This document shows positions 48,712-61,269 of a stretch of DNA of 64,000 nt, piece by piece. Where the stretch lies: assembly GCA_011109175.1 (NCBI GenBank), contig RDEW01000019.1, positions 779,823 through 843,822 on the forward strand. Direction: 5' to 3'. Source of the stretch: Dicyema japonicum. Lineage: Eukaryota; Animalia; Dicyemida. Made by a program: the position numbers and the translations under genes. Under the pieces are notes generated by a model, which was given only the letters and a program-made list of their open reading frames with translations, was not told the DNA's origin and did not search any database. Within the stretch, counting starts at the first letter, position 1. Each line of letters begins with the position of its first letter.

Positions 48712-51649
48712 GAAATTTGAAAATGTTGTTAGCGTGGTGTCATGTGGCTCACCAGAAATGGTGTCACCCATTCCAAAATGGAACGAAAAGAGCCAACAGC
48801 TTCTCCCCACCGTCCGGTGGTCCTTTCATCTCCTGTGTCTTCGACCCTGTCTGGTGTCCCCATTTATCCAGACTTTTGATTCTTCTATGTGGAGACGTCG
48901 AAACCAATCCTGGTCCATGGAGAGGTTTTACAATTATACAACTGAATACGAATGGGATCAGGAAGAAAATCTTTGAACTCCGGGCACTCCTCCGCGAAAA
49001 TGAGGCTGACCTCGCTTTAATACAGGAGTCCAAGCTATCTCCCTCCATACCAACACCCTCTTTTCCCGGATACACAGTGATCCGTAAAGATCGTCAGGGA
49101 GGACGCGGAGGAGGACTACTTACTATTATAAAGAACGATATTCCTTTTATGGATACAACTCAACGAACCTCAGAGCTTCTTGGCTCCGACAAGACTTTGG
49201 AGCAGATTACTGTCAAAATCGAGTTATTCCCGTCCTTTTGGATCCATTTGGCTAATTTATATATTCCTCCACAAGGATCGTGTCCGTCATCTTACACCCC
49301 TGATTTATCACGCATTTCAACATTGAAAAATCTACTGTTATGTGGGGATCTTAATGCACGACATCCAGTTTGGCTCACTTCCCAATCCTCTGATAACCGA
49401 GGAGAACTCATTGCAAATTATCTTCCTGACCTGATTATACTGAACAACCCTAACTCACATACGAGGACCCCATTAAGGATAACTGATAGCTGCACATCTC
49501 CCGACTTAACATATGCTCACCTTCTCTGGCTGGACTCATTTCCTGGAACGGGCTTCTCCAGTGACCACAATCCAATCCTTCTAAAACTGAGAGGTCTTCG
49601 ATGATACAGGAGACGACCGGCGGAATCAAAAAGATTCAAGGATTATACGAAGGTTGACTGGTCTGGTTTCAGTAACCTTGTGGATAAATTCTTGGCCCGG
49701 AGATTATCCTCCCAATACGCTCTATTGATGAGGCCGCAGAAATTATCAGCGCTGCCATTCAGAAAGCTGACCATATTTTTATTCCGTCATACAAGAAGTT
49801 TATTCCTACCCTCAGTTCTTATACAATAAGTCTTATAAAACAAAGAGACCGGCTGAAGAGATGCCATCTGTTGGACATGAAGTCTTTGACAGCCCTCAGA
49901 CAACTGAATAAAAGCATCTGTCAGAGCATAAAAGAACACAAGGACAAGATATATCAGCATCTAGTTAACCACCTAGATAAGAAAAGTTTATCCCGACATT
50001 TCTGGAAAACACTTGAACAAGTCGAGTCGAAGCAGGATGATGTAGAAGGAACCGGAAAGTCTTCTCCTGAACACTTATGCCACTTACATCCTATCACCCT
50101 TATGAAACATTACGCTGGAATTAGCTTCAAAACCTTCTCGAAACACCTGGACATTAGGGTGCGTGCCCATAAACTGAAGAAGGAACCTTACCACCAACTA
50201 TTTTCAGATGACTAAGTCTTGGATGTGATCACCAGATTAAAGAGCTAACGGGCGTGCGGGCCTGACAAAGTATCTTCTATTCACCTAAAACACCTAAGCC
50301 ACTACGCAATTGGATATTATATACCGATATTGAAGGCTGGGAAACCAGAGACAGAACCTGCCTCCTACAGGCCTATTCCAGTTACCATCACACTGTCAAA
50401 AATTATGGAGAAACTTGTATTATCAGTCATTATTCCGTATCTTCCACGTCCTATATTTCAGCATGGTTTCCTCCGCGGTAGGTCCACCGCTACATACTTG
50501 GCAACCCTATCGCAGTTCATTGTCGACGGTTTTAACACCCATCCCCCACCTCACAAACGCACAATCTTGGTTTCTATTGACATCAACAAAGCCTTTGACA
50601 CTGTTTCGAGGAAAATCCTGGTTGGAAAAATATTTTCTACTAATATTCGTCCGAATGTGAAATTATGGCTGGCCAACTTTTGGTCTGGAAGACGTGGAAG
50701 AGTAGTCAGTGGTGATCTCAGATCTAGATCACGATTACTACCGAACGAGGTACCCCAGGGGTCTCCACTTTCACCAATTCTATTCAACCTATTCCTACAC
50801 GACCTACCTAATGATCGAGACGAAGATTCCCTGCTATTATCCTACGCAGACGATGTAATCATTGCAATACGGAACCGCTCGACGCAAGTCGCATCCCTTA
50901 AAACTCAGACAAAATTGAACACTCTCCACGATTGGATTGTTGGCAATCGACTTACGATTTCTGCAACCAAGGCATCTGTTCCACCTTCACTTCGGACCGT
51001 CGTTCCAAGGATGAACCGAGTATCTTTATTAATTCCACTCGGATTCCAGTGACAAGGTCCCCCACTGTCCTTGGAGTCAAGTACGACAGTCTCTCAATTC
51101 GACTCCCACGCAACAGACATGATTACCAGGGGCCTCCAGAAAGTTAACGTTATACGCGCCCTTGTTCGGAGGACCACGAGGAACATGGACTTTTCCGTTT
51201 CTACCTCTACCAACAAACAATCGCGCCTGCCATTGAGTATGCCTCCGTTGCATGGAGATTCGGCTATCGGAGTCTTGGTCCAAAGAATCAACTCGATACA
51301 CCGGAAAACAATCAGTATGCTTTGCCCACGTAATGGATCAACAGTCGACCCACTACTCATGGAAGCTAAGATACGTAGTCGTGGCTCCGGATTTCTTCGC
51401 GTCTGTGAGGAAGATAGAAATCCGCTTCGCCTGATCCTTCCATGGCAAAAGAAAACCGATTGGATAAGAAATTCCCCTCCCCGATCGGATTCCTCTGCAA
51501 GACCGAGAGAAGGCTCTTCCGGAAAGTAGTGGGGACGATGGAGATCACAGACGTCGAATGGCACAATGATTGCGAGGACTGGGATCACCTAATTGTTGAC
51601 TCTTTTGTCTTTCTTTCTCGGTGTTCCCGGGGTTATTAAAATAAAATAA
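48712..51649 (+). mobile_element. TSD-bounded single-ORF APE-RT LINE with an N-terminal 2A-like motif (I-group; Ingi/Vingi-like architecture), frameshifted after the APE
   Basis: 12-bp TSD ATCATGAGAGGT (48700-48711, 51650-51661); LLILLCGDVETNPGP; QLNTNGIR, IQESKL, GDLNARH and SDHNPI (APE); SYRPI, QHGF, IDINKAFDTV, PQGSPLSP and YADD (RT). No ORF1 or RNase H seen. Confidence 0.9.
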
Positions 51650-52899
51650 ATCATGAGAGGTAACTCAGATTGCGTGCCCAATGCCTGCAGTCATAATGAA
51701 ACCTCGTCTTAACTAACTTTTCTGATTATTAAAATAAAATTTCATTCCTAGTAATTCGAATTTTTAAATAATTTTAAAATCCATGACTGGACATAATGGT
51801 AATCTTAACGAGGGATTCTGTTAAGAAGGTAGGAAGATCCGTTTCAACTACTGTGTCGTGCCAGAAGGACTCGTCATCTTACAGGTGGGATCTGTTTGAC
51901 GTTCTCGGCAGAAAACTCGTCAGCTTTTTTCTGTTACTTCACTAATAAGTCCCATTTGGAACATTGGTAATATTATGGTTATTGGATGTCGATCGATACG
52001 AGAGAGTTTTTCGATCGAACGATGTTGGGATTACGTCATCATAAGTTTTGAGAAAATAATCGATGAAAGTAACAAGGAACATAAAGTGAGATCAAGGAAG
52101 GTGTTGAAATACCCTGTTATGAAAGTTGTTCGAGTTGTAATAGGATGAGCTCCTCTTTTATAGCTTTTTGGTCAGTCAGCTAAAACTTATTTAGGATTCC
52201 ATATAAATTTTTAACCTTTTTTAGTTTAGCCAGTTTGGGGGAATGTTGTTTTATAACGGCAACGGAGAGTCAGCTAAGTTAGTTAAGTTAATGCACGTCC
52301 GTGTTGCTAATAAACAGTTTTTATGGATTTGCTTGTGCCATGTTTTTGACTATTCTTGGCGTTAGCCTTCTCCATCCCATTCGTCGTGGTGCTCGCCTCC
52401 TGATCTCGTCCAGATCGTCTGCATCAATCAATCCTCCGCAAGTGTCTTGGCTAACGGAGAGTGAAAGATAAATAATTATTAAGTTGTTTAATTTAAATAT
52501 TTATCTTTTTCACAAAGACGGGACGAAATAATTAATTTATTAAAATAATTAATTAATAACATTGAAAAATAAGCTAATTATTATTGGTTAACCAAATATG
52601 ATTGGCGCAATAGAAATAAAACATGTCTGACATCCGGCGACTCATGTGGTCGTTAACCCTAACCCTCTACTTTTTCTTCCCTTTTTATGCCATTTGGGGA
52701 TGATTTACTAAATTTAAATGGCGTAGGATGTCCACAATGTATTACTAATAACAAATATTGCAATTATTATTTGTGATACAACATTATAGCAATTGTACAC
52801 GAGACTTAAAACTCTCTAATATCAGTTGCTACATTTATGACCAATCATTTTAAGTTTTCGATGTCAGTGTAATTTTTATATGAACTATTTTAGAGTTTT

Positions 52900-53150
52900 A
52901 CGCGGGTAGCTTAGTGTAGACCTGTCTCCCGAGTTGCGATTAGCTATGGTTCTTATTCCCAGTGCTACCTACTTGGTAGAAGGATTCCTTTCTGCCCTTT
53001 GTGCGTTTAATTACATGGAGGCGTCATAGGATCCGTTTAATTAAGGAGACACCCATTGCCAACATCCAAAAAAGACACTTTTTATTTCAGTTGAGGGGTT
53101 CCTACACTGGTGGATGGGCGTGATGCTCGCAAAGCTGCGTTCCAGTCATA
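52900..53150 (+). mobile_element. Family A member with tRNA-like head
   Basis: GCGGGTAGCTTAGTG..GGTTCTTATTCCCAG, then TACCTACTTGGTAGAAGGA, GGCGTCATAGGATCC..GGAGACACCCA..GAGGGGTTCC. Confidence 0.6.
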
Positions 53151-53389
53151 ACTTTATTGTAGCGAATAAAAGGAACATTATTACTAGGGACACTCATGTC
53201 TCATTTATTGTGATAAAATTTAGAGGAATGATTTCTCTTACAGTTGTTAATGGTTTGAACTGATGTCGCAAGTTTCCGCGTGACATAAGTTATTTGATGG
53301 GTAATTAAGTTTTTAAACCACTTAAAGATAATCTCATAATGTCGATTGAAATGGGTTAATCGATAACTGAATTGGATAATACTACGGCT

Positions 53390-53800
53390 TAACCCCTTGA
53401 ATTTGATTGCACACACAAATGGCCTGGGAAGACTCTTTTCCCTGGAAGGGTGGGAAATCTTATGATTAGAATGCCATTGCTTCTCCATTTCCGACCTTAC
53501 TATGGAGACACTTATCTAGGATCGGTCTCAGCGAGAGCCAAAAAATGTAAAAATACCTTAAGAGTCGTTTCAAGCCATTTTAAGACCTCGGGGATTATGA
53601 TTCTGATCACTTTCCTTTCAACATGCCATCAAAAAGAATATTTGATAACAAAAAAAGATCGGTGGTTGATGGAGCGCATTTCTACAAAAATCCTGAGGGA
53701 ATTTTGCGAACGATTGCGATCCTCAGACGCCACTCACGAGCGTCTCCAAGCCTTCATTTTTATAAACTGCACATCAAAGAGGGATTATCAAATTAATACA
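53390..53800 (+). mobile_element. CRE endonuclease/3' fragment
   Basis: FPWKGGKS (PWxxGKxL-like) and a terminal AHQRG motif; degraded. Confidence 0.5.
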
Positions 53801-53929
53801 ACATTTCAAGGTTTTTAATAATTTTAGAAATTATCCCCCATAAAAAGTACAGAGGCTTGATGTGTCCCTATTTCACCCAGTGCGACCAACAAATTCACAC
53901 AAATTGACTGGATCTTCGACAGCGGGGCG

Positions 53930-54130
53930 TATCTTCAATGTCCGGTTTGAGGAATACTCATGGAACAGACCACACTGCCTTTCAGACTTGGAGAGCTTGG
54001 AATTCGCAGCTCTGTAGATATTTATCTCCCTGCATATCTCTCATCGCTAATGGCTAGTAGTTCAGGAGGATTCTACACTCCCGGTCAGGACCTCGCCCAT
54101 GCATGTGAGGTCTGGAGACATACCTACCTG
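53930..54130 (+). mobile_element. CRE internal fragment
   Basis: EQTTLPFRLGELGIRSSVDIYLPAYLSSL matches the LPxRxGGLGIR..A.PAYxSS motif also present at ~6600. Confidence 0.7.
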
Positions 54131-54399
54131 TTTTCCCACCTCCATTGAACTCTCAATGGGTTTGTACTATGCCATATATAGAAAGTCATTTGATGATCTA
54201 TAGGTGTCATCTAACCAACACCGATGTACTTGCTTGTTTTCGAGGCGTCTAGCTAGAAATGTGCTATCCTGTCTTAGTAGTCTTTAATAACTTTGAAGAT
54301 GATTATTTACTTGACTCCATAAGAAAAGACTTTCTATGATGGTATTACTATTTTAGCTTGAATCTTTTCTGTGGTTTCTTCACGTTTTGTATGGCATCT

Positions 54400-54560
54400 T
54401 TGCGTCCTAACTATCCAGTGCTACAAATGTCAATGTTTCACTAGCTCATACTCCACTTATAAAAATAAGTGTTTTTCTTGTGGTGGCACATATTCACGGA
54501 AAGCTTTCTACTCAAAAGAAAATTCTTTCAAGTTTATTAACTATATCTGCGAGGAATACA
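54400..54560 (+). mobile_element. LINE ORF1 (gag-like zinc knuckle) remnant
   Basis: IQCYKCQ..KNKCFSCGG spacing resembles LINE ORF1 knuckles; the His residues are lost. Confidence 0.4.
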
Positions 54561-54562
54561 AA

Positions 54563-54630
54563 GACCATTTCTCCAGACTTTAACGGGTATACTGGCGACC
54601 ACTTCTCCAGACTTTAACGGGTATACTGGT
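54563..54630. repeat. 34-bp tandem duplication (2 units, 2 mismatches)
   Basis: GACCA(T/C)TTCTCCAGACTTTAACGGGTATACTGG(C/T) x2. Confidence 0.9.
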
Positions 54631-54799
54631 TTAAATCTCTTGAGAATTGATCACTTTTATTAAAAGACTAGTCTCTCAGGAGCCGTCCAAGGTAATTCAT
54701 CCTTTTTCTATTGACAATTAATTTTAAAATTGCCTATGGATACTTTGGTTTATTTGACATCAATTTAATTAATTAAAACTTATTACGGAAAAAGTGAGA

Positions 54800-54990
54800 A
54801 AATGGTCATATAGCGGACGCCCTGACTGCTTGGCTATTCCCTCTTAGTATGGAGAGCGAGATTCGTTTAAATAATCAGCAACAATCACGGGGATCTCCTG
54901 ATCGTGTAGAAATCCGATTCCCTAGACGACTCAAGAATTTTAGCGTCACAGGCGCAAGGGAGCCAGACGTCTTCACGGCGAGTGGAACAG
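54800..54990 (-). mobile_element. CRE 3' fragment
   Basis: VPLAVKTSG..KFLSRLGNRISTRSGDPR..LFKRISLSILRGN; DNA aligns with 61820-61960. Confidence 0.75.
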
Positions 54991-56759
54991 ACAAATTAGT
55001 CTTTAATTCGCAGAACATATTCATCTTGATTTGTTATATATTGATTTAGTGTTCTTTGACATGAAAGTAAATCAAACACGTTTATGTTAATTAATTGATT
55101 ATGGTTGAAAGAAATTATAGCATTTTTTCAAGCCTGTCTGAGACTATACAGTGCTTTCATAATCAGATTTACGTACAACGCTCCCAACTGTGAATTTGAC
55201 TAAACAATGTGTTCCAAGGAGGCTGCAAACCCTTATTGGAGATCTTTAACCAAGAAGGTCTACGATTGTATTCCTATTATAAGAATAGGAAATTATCATA
55301 GAAATTCGAGATCGGGAACCTTTGGTGGGTTCTACGTCTGAATTTTCAACCCCGACAACTATGCAACGGAAAATTACTCCACGCCAGCAATTTTTGGAAA
55401 ATATCTAGGAAGATAAGAATAACCCCACGGACTGTCTTCAACGATGATCTATCACAGATAGAAATTATTAACCCCTGAAGATCTGTTAAATCTCGTAAGA
55501 AACCGCATAACAGGTGACATGATGAATATTAGTCTGAACTGTGACAGGTAGGGAATATTGATTACTATTATTTCTCGAATAGTCCTTGCAAAATTTTTCA
55601 CGTGTTGCTTTGCGGTTATGTTGTATGCTCCATTTAAATTTAAAAAGACTGACAACCGCAAATTAGTCACATCGTACGATAACATAGGTGCTGCCCAGTA
55701 ACCTGGTCCACAAAGAGGTCCTAACCAAATGGCGGATGCTGCCCTAACGTTAACCAACTCTAATTAAGTACCGTCATGGCCATGATCCAGGTAATTAACG
55801 GAAAGGGACTAGACAGTAAAGTGTGTGAAAACAAAACCTTTTCCCTGATAATGGCCCCATATGCACCGAAACCGATGGCCAACAGTTGAAGTACTATAAC
55901 TCCAATATGGAGTGCATGTGAAAGCATCTAGTAAATTGTTAACGACTGTTTCTAATGTTTCTCGATGTGCTATAGCTCACTGCATCAAAATTGCGAGCTG
56001 TTGTTGTCATTTAGGGTAAACGAGATAGTGAGTAGGCACATTCTTGAAATACCAAAGTTCCCCTGGAAAGTTGTAGGATATCATGAAAGATTCATGCATT
56101 ACTTTGGTCATAACTGATATTGTGAGGTATGAGACTACTGTTGATATGAACAGGATTTTCTTAATTCTTTATAGTACGCAGACTATTCATGATGAAATGG
56201 CTTTTAAACTGCGAAAGTTAAGTGGTTAGCAAGGTAACATTATGGCTAGGATCCAAGACACTGAGCTTAAAACCCTTGATGAATACATCCCAAATGTGAA
56301 ATTTTGGTTAAAAGGGAAACCATTGACTTCGATGCGGTCTACGTTAAAACGTCACAGGGCGTCACACTTAGACGTTAACGAGCTCATTAGAATAAATTTG
56401 GATTAAAACAAGTCTAGATCGATATTCAGGGACAACTGTTAACTTATGAGGACACGTGCTCATACAGAATGCAGAACAATCAGTTTAAATTCAATCGTGA
56501 CTCTTCCGTGGAGAAAAAATTGTGTGCACATTCCGAGTAAGAAATGATTGCCGCTTGAGTATGTAGATGGTCTGTGCTCATGAGGGGGTTATTCTTCATA
56601 TAATTAAACAGAGTAATCAGTATATGACTGAGTCGTGTGGCATTGGTTGGATCCATAGTGCGATGACAGGTAACATTGCACGCTTTCGAATTGGAAAACC
56701 CTGGAGTTGTGAAGTGTTTAATTTCTTTAACAAAAAATCTTGTAGTAATATTTTGAGGG

Positions 56760-57200
56760 TTATGTGTCTAATTCAGGTATCATTCCTCAATGGATATGTG
56801 CTTATATCTCGTACCTGATTCCTAAAGTAGACAACCCGTAATGGTCAAATGAATATAGGCGCATGCCCATGCTATACAAATTAATGACCAAATTGGTAGA
56901 GAATGAGGTCAGAAAATTTGAATATAAATAGGTTCACTAATCAACTTGGTAATATGCGCTAATGTCAGGGAGCAAAGGAACAAGCACTTATTAACAGTGC
57001 CTGAGCTACCAATATGACAACGGATTAAAGGCTATGTGGGTAGAAGTGAAAGACCTTTGACTCAGTTGATCGCGGGTACTTGAATTCTTGTCTGGTTTAT
57101 AAGCTTTTTAAATATTTTTATGATATGTGGAAAAAAACATCGGGGAACTCAACCTGAGAAGGTTTTTTTCTATGGAGATACTATGTCTCCGATACTTTTT
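56760..57200 (+). mobile_element. Degraded relative of the 28813-32405 element (RT part)
   Basis: YLIPK, MPMLYKLMTK, CQGAKEQALIN, FDSVD and GDTMSPILF remnants. Confidence 0.7.
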
Positions 57201-57439
57201 TGATAATAAAAGTTTTTTTTCTCGACTATTGCTTTATTAATAACTCTCAGAGAAATGGGGACACGTTAAACAAAAAAATTCGGTGCTAAATCATATCTTC
57301 CGTTCTATATCGCCGGATCATGTCCTCCACAGCCTGTGAATAATGCACAAATAACGGGAGGATCATACCACCTTCTTAGCAAAATTCATATTTTTAGTCT
57401 TTTTTGAAGTAAAGAATAGTAATGATAACTAATCGTTGA

Positions 57440-57630
57440 GGGAGAACCAAGGAATGCTCTTCACTTCTTGTTGTTGCGTGAGTCCCTTATAGACGATCCA
57501 GCTCCACAGTGAAGTGTTACTGATGACGTCACTCGTCAATATAAATCATCGTAGGTGCGTGGACCTTCATCCGGAATGTACAGCAGCGAGATTCGAACCA
57601 GGAGCCATCAGTCTTGTTACACACCATAAT
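57440..57630 (-). mobile_element. SINE-like family B
   Basis: Canonical B-box CCTGGTTCGAATCTC on the minus strand (~57590-57604), followed by the family B body. Confidence 0.7.
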
Positions 57631-58179
57631 GAATTTAAATTTATTTTCCCATATCGAATAAAATTATTGATCTCCTTATTATTTATTCCATTCCACCTTC
57701 GTTGATTAGTCTATTGACTAACTTTGGTTTAACCAATTGTTAATTAAAGTAATAATCGAGTAGAAAACTAAAAACCGAATAACGGAAACTGAGAATAACC
57801 CGCTTCTATTGCGTAAAATATCCCTTCATGCTCAATTAAGGACCTCATCTTGTGTCAGATTGAACAAAGAAAGTGTCAGATTGACAAAGTATGCTGGTTT
57901 AAATTATTTCCGCCTTAAAAGTGACGATCTTGAACGCTCATCTGTCTGTGAGGCGCGAATGTTATAAGATAAATTTTCCTTACTATATTTTCACTATTAG
58001 AATGACTTTATTTTGTGTTTAATTTCTCTAATTATTTTTGAAAAATGAACTTTAGATGGACATGGGTTGAATATACGAAATTTCAGAACAAAGAAGCGTC
58101 GCATTAACTCTGAGTTTGAATCTCGTCTGGCACAAAATTTGGAGATCTTTGGAAAACCCATTTTTAATAACTCCAGATA

Positions 58180-58425
58180 TATACCTGAAATAGGTTTTAT
58201 CCAGTTCCCCCGGTCGGACTATAGATCCTCATTAAGTATCTCTTATTATGGGAACCCCTTGATGAAACAGAAAAGAGAGACGGATGCCGGCCAAGTATTG
58301 GGCGTCTTCTGAGTTTGGTGGATCCAATGATGCCCTTAGAAAAAAGGCAATCCTTCGACTACGTAGGTACGTGTGGGAATTGAGCTTACAGCTAAATTGG
58401 CAACATCACTAACCACTACTTTATT
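58180..58425 (-). mobile_element. Family A member with tRNA-like head
   Basis: AGTAGTGGTTAG..AGCTCAATTCCCAC, then GACGCCCAATACTTGGCCGGCATC and tail CCGACCGGGGGAACTGGATAAAACC. Confidence 0.6.
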
Positions 58426-58502
58426 TGGTCACAAAGTCACAAACTCCCCCCGTTTTAGAAATATTACAAGAAATTGAGAATTTAAAAAAGAGTCCAAATT
58501 AA

Positions 58503-60015
58503 TTAGAATTTCATTTTGAAGAACTTCATTTTGATTCCAGTCAGCTTCTTAATTGATGAAATAAGGGCAGATAAGAAGACAATCTTCAAAATTGAAAGAA
58601 TGTGGGGGTTGAGGTCTAAAAAGTCAATATTGAAACTGTCGTCAAAGTTCTGAAATATCACAAGCATTATACTTTGATGACTTCACTAACATGCGATAGA
58701 AATTCTATAATTTCTAGGTTTGGTTTCTCACATTCAGGATCAGTTTCAATATTTTGGTACAAATCAATCTTCAATAAAAAAGCCACGGACCTGTTCGACC
58801 GTCAAAATGTTGTCATTTTTCATAATTTGGTTAAATCTTCTCATATTGACGATAATTTTGGACAAATATAACCCCAGAACGACTGACCAGCCGACAATCA
58901 GCCATCCATAAATGTTAAGTTCAATATGATGTTGGAACTAAATGTTATATTCGTGCTAACCTGATATATTATGAGTGAGGACAACAGAAGTAGAGTGAAT
59001 AATGAAGATTTTATGATCCCCCCAGGAATGTCTGAAAATGAATACGTTTTGATGTAATATCTCAAGTAAAGCCAAACGTGAATATTTCTCAGAGAGTTCA
59101 GTTTCAGAAAAAATATATTTTCTGGCTTTCTTGAAGTAATAATCGAAAAATGCTGAGAATGCAAAAATTTCTAAGATTCAAACAATAGAACCTTTCGAAT
59201 AACCTGTTCAGCCAAGCCGAGTAAATACACAATAAATGAGTTCATAAACAGCATTTGAAGAAATAAATATGTGTTGATCATTTTTTCGCTGTAATAGAAT
59301 AAACAGTTACTGAATTGAATTCCCCAGCAAGTAATTTAAAAAAGGGAGACCAATCACTCCCTGTTCAGCCCACTCAACGTAAATGAAGAGAGGGCAGACC
59401 ACCGAAAGGAAATGAACAGAAAGAATGCGCTGGTGCGGTCGAATTCACCAGATGGTGATGTCTCCACTTGGTTGACTATCATTTTGGTAACGTGTCCAGC
59501 GACTGTGTTAATTAAACAAAATTAGACTTTTTCTAGTTTTCATATATTCCTTAGTCCACTTATTTTGTGGAAGGTCAGAATCATCCTCATCCTTAACAAC
59601 TTCCCTTTATAAGTATAAAACAAATACAGTGATTCGTTTAACGTTGTAATTAGCCCAATGATAACGTATAATGTGGTATTTACGTAGAAAAGGTAGGTAA
59701 TCTAAAATGAGAAATAAAATACTTGATAGTCGTAGGAAATCTTTAAAACGGTTAAGAAAATGTTTCCCGTGTAAAAAACAGGAAATAAACCGCGAAACGG
59801 TTGTCTGTCAGAAATGCCGTAAAGAGGAGTAAACAATATTTTTATGACAGTCAACATGAAAATCTTAAAATTTGACTTTGTCTTTTTGTAGTTTATTTTG
59901 GCTCAAGTAAACTTACAACAAACCCCTAATAATGTCAATGTCTACGCATTTGGGACTCTTTTTGGTTGAGTTGTTCTAATTCTATTAAATTTGTTACCTT
60001 TCTGTTTCTAGTCAT
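58503..60015 (-). CDS. PHTF: PHTF-family multipass membrane protein with about 8-9 micro-introns; one central junction (~59400-59460) is ambiguous
   Basis: Spliced VDIDIIR, LNSLRNIHVWLYLRYYIK, ILTVEQ and LNPHILSILKIVFLSALISSIKKLTGIKMKFFKMKF* resemble PHTF1/2 as I recall them. Confidence 0.75.
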
Positions 60016-60479
60016 TTTGGGGAATTAATAATTTATTATTTTATATTATCAACTGAATAATGCAATTAAATATTGATTATTTCAATTAATCAAAATTTAA
60101 TTTATTATTATTACGTAAACCACATATTAATAGATTATAGTGGGACTCCTCGAGTATGCGGACCCCGTCCATATCGGAAATGCGCAGGAACGCAGTCGGA
60201 ACACCTAAAAAAATGCGAAGACTGTTGAGGGAGGCCGGGATCACCTGAATTTTGTTTATTTGGATATGATGGTGGTTTTCTGGTTCAATAATAATAATAG
60301 TAATTACACCTCTATTGTCTATATCTAAATTTTCAGGCACATATTATTAATCTTCAGCCAAATTTGGTAGAATAAGGGTGTATTTTCTACAAAGACATCT
60401 CAGTTTCTCTATTAATCTGAGCATACTAAGAAATTACAAAGCCTTTAATGAGATTGTTTCCAGTCGAATGAATATTTGG

Positions 60480-61110
60480 TTTTGTGCTATACTGTCTGCT
60501 ATCCTTTCTACCAGTTTTTCCGTCCATTTTTACTCCTTGAAAGTTTGCGTATTTCATTAGTCATTCGCTGTATTCAGTGCCCCCCATTCTGGTATAGTCA
60601 TGATCCAGACAGAGAGGATTTGTAATTCTCGGGTATCCCCAATTTCATCTTGCTTTAAAAAGGCCCTCCATAATAAGATTACATGGTGTCACCTCATCCG
60701 TACGTAGAATAAGTTAAGAGTCGCCACCGTGATTTTGTCACTTCCTCGTTTATCTGCCCGCATTTGAATAGCTTGTAAGGAGTCTTGCTTTTTATATCCT
60801 TGAGCCAGTGAAAGCCTAAGATTTTTTCTACTAATTTCTGCGATATCCGTCGAGTCTCTCAAGATCTGTTTTTGACTTTCCCTAATTCCCGAGTTATAGA
60901 GTAGGATTGGTTTTGCGAAAGCGTTATATAAAACCATCCAGAGATTCAGAGATTTGTTTTCTACGCGTTCAATTGCTCCATGTTTTTCACTGCACAAGAT
61001 GGCAGCATTTTCTACTAGCAGTCCTCATCGTCTCTCAAAAACGAACCGAGTTTTTTTAAATGAAACTTCGCCTTCCATCAACCTGCGCTCAACTGACGTT
61101 AACTCAGTTT
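60480..61110 (-). mobile_element. RTE-like LINE 3' half, degraded
   Basis: KKLGSFLRDDED, LYNAFAKPILLYNSG and a terminal IRKL..LVERIA; same type as 46570-46900. Confidence 0.6.
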
Positions 61111-61269
61111 TCTTAATTAATTTTAATGACCATCTCCCAAAAATACATGTTTTATACTGAATTAAGCAACTCCACATCATCGAACACAAAATCATTGTCG
61201 TCCGTTCTACCAGACGTTCGTTTAGGTAACTCCTTAAGTCTAATATCCCACGATTGTGGTCATCAGTGT

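Noticed and set aside
48657-48725. HDV-like ribozyme at the LINE 5' end (GCGAG/CTCGC and CCC/GGG nested pairings)
   Set aside because: It lies outside the TSD-defined element, the loop lacks the UCCUCG-type consensus, there is no catalytic C, and the same bases pair better in the pre-insertion hairpin.
52653-52665. Telomeric repeat TAACCCTAACCCT
   Set aside because: Only two units; insufficient to call an interstitial telomere.
52900-52975. tRNA genes here and at ~57600 and ~63200
   Set aside because: A/B-box-like motifs are present, but no complete cloverleaf can be drawn and each continues into a SINE body.
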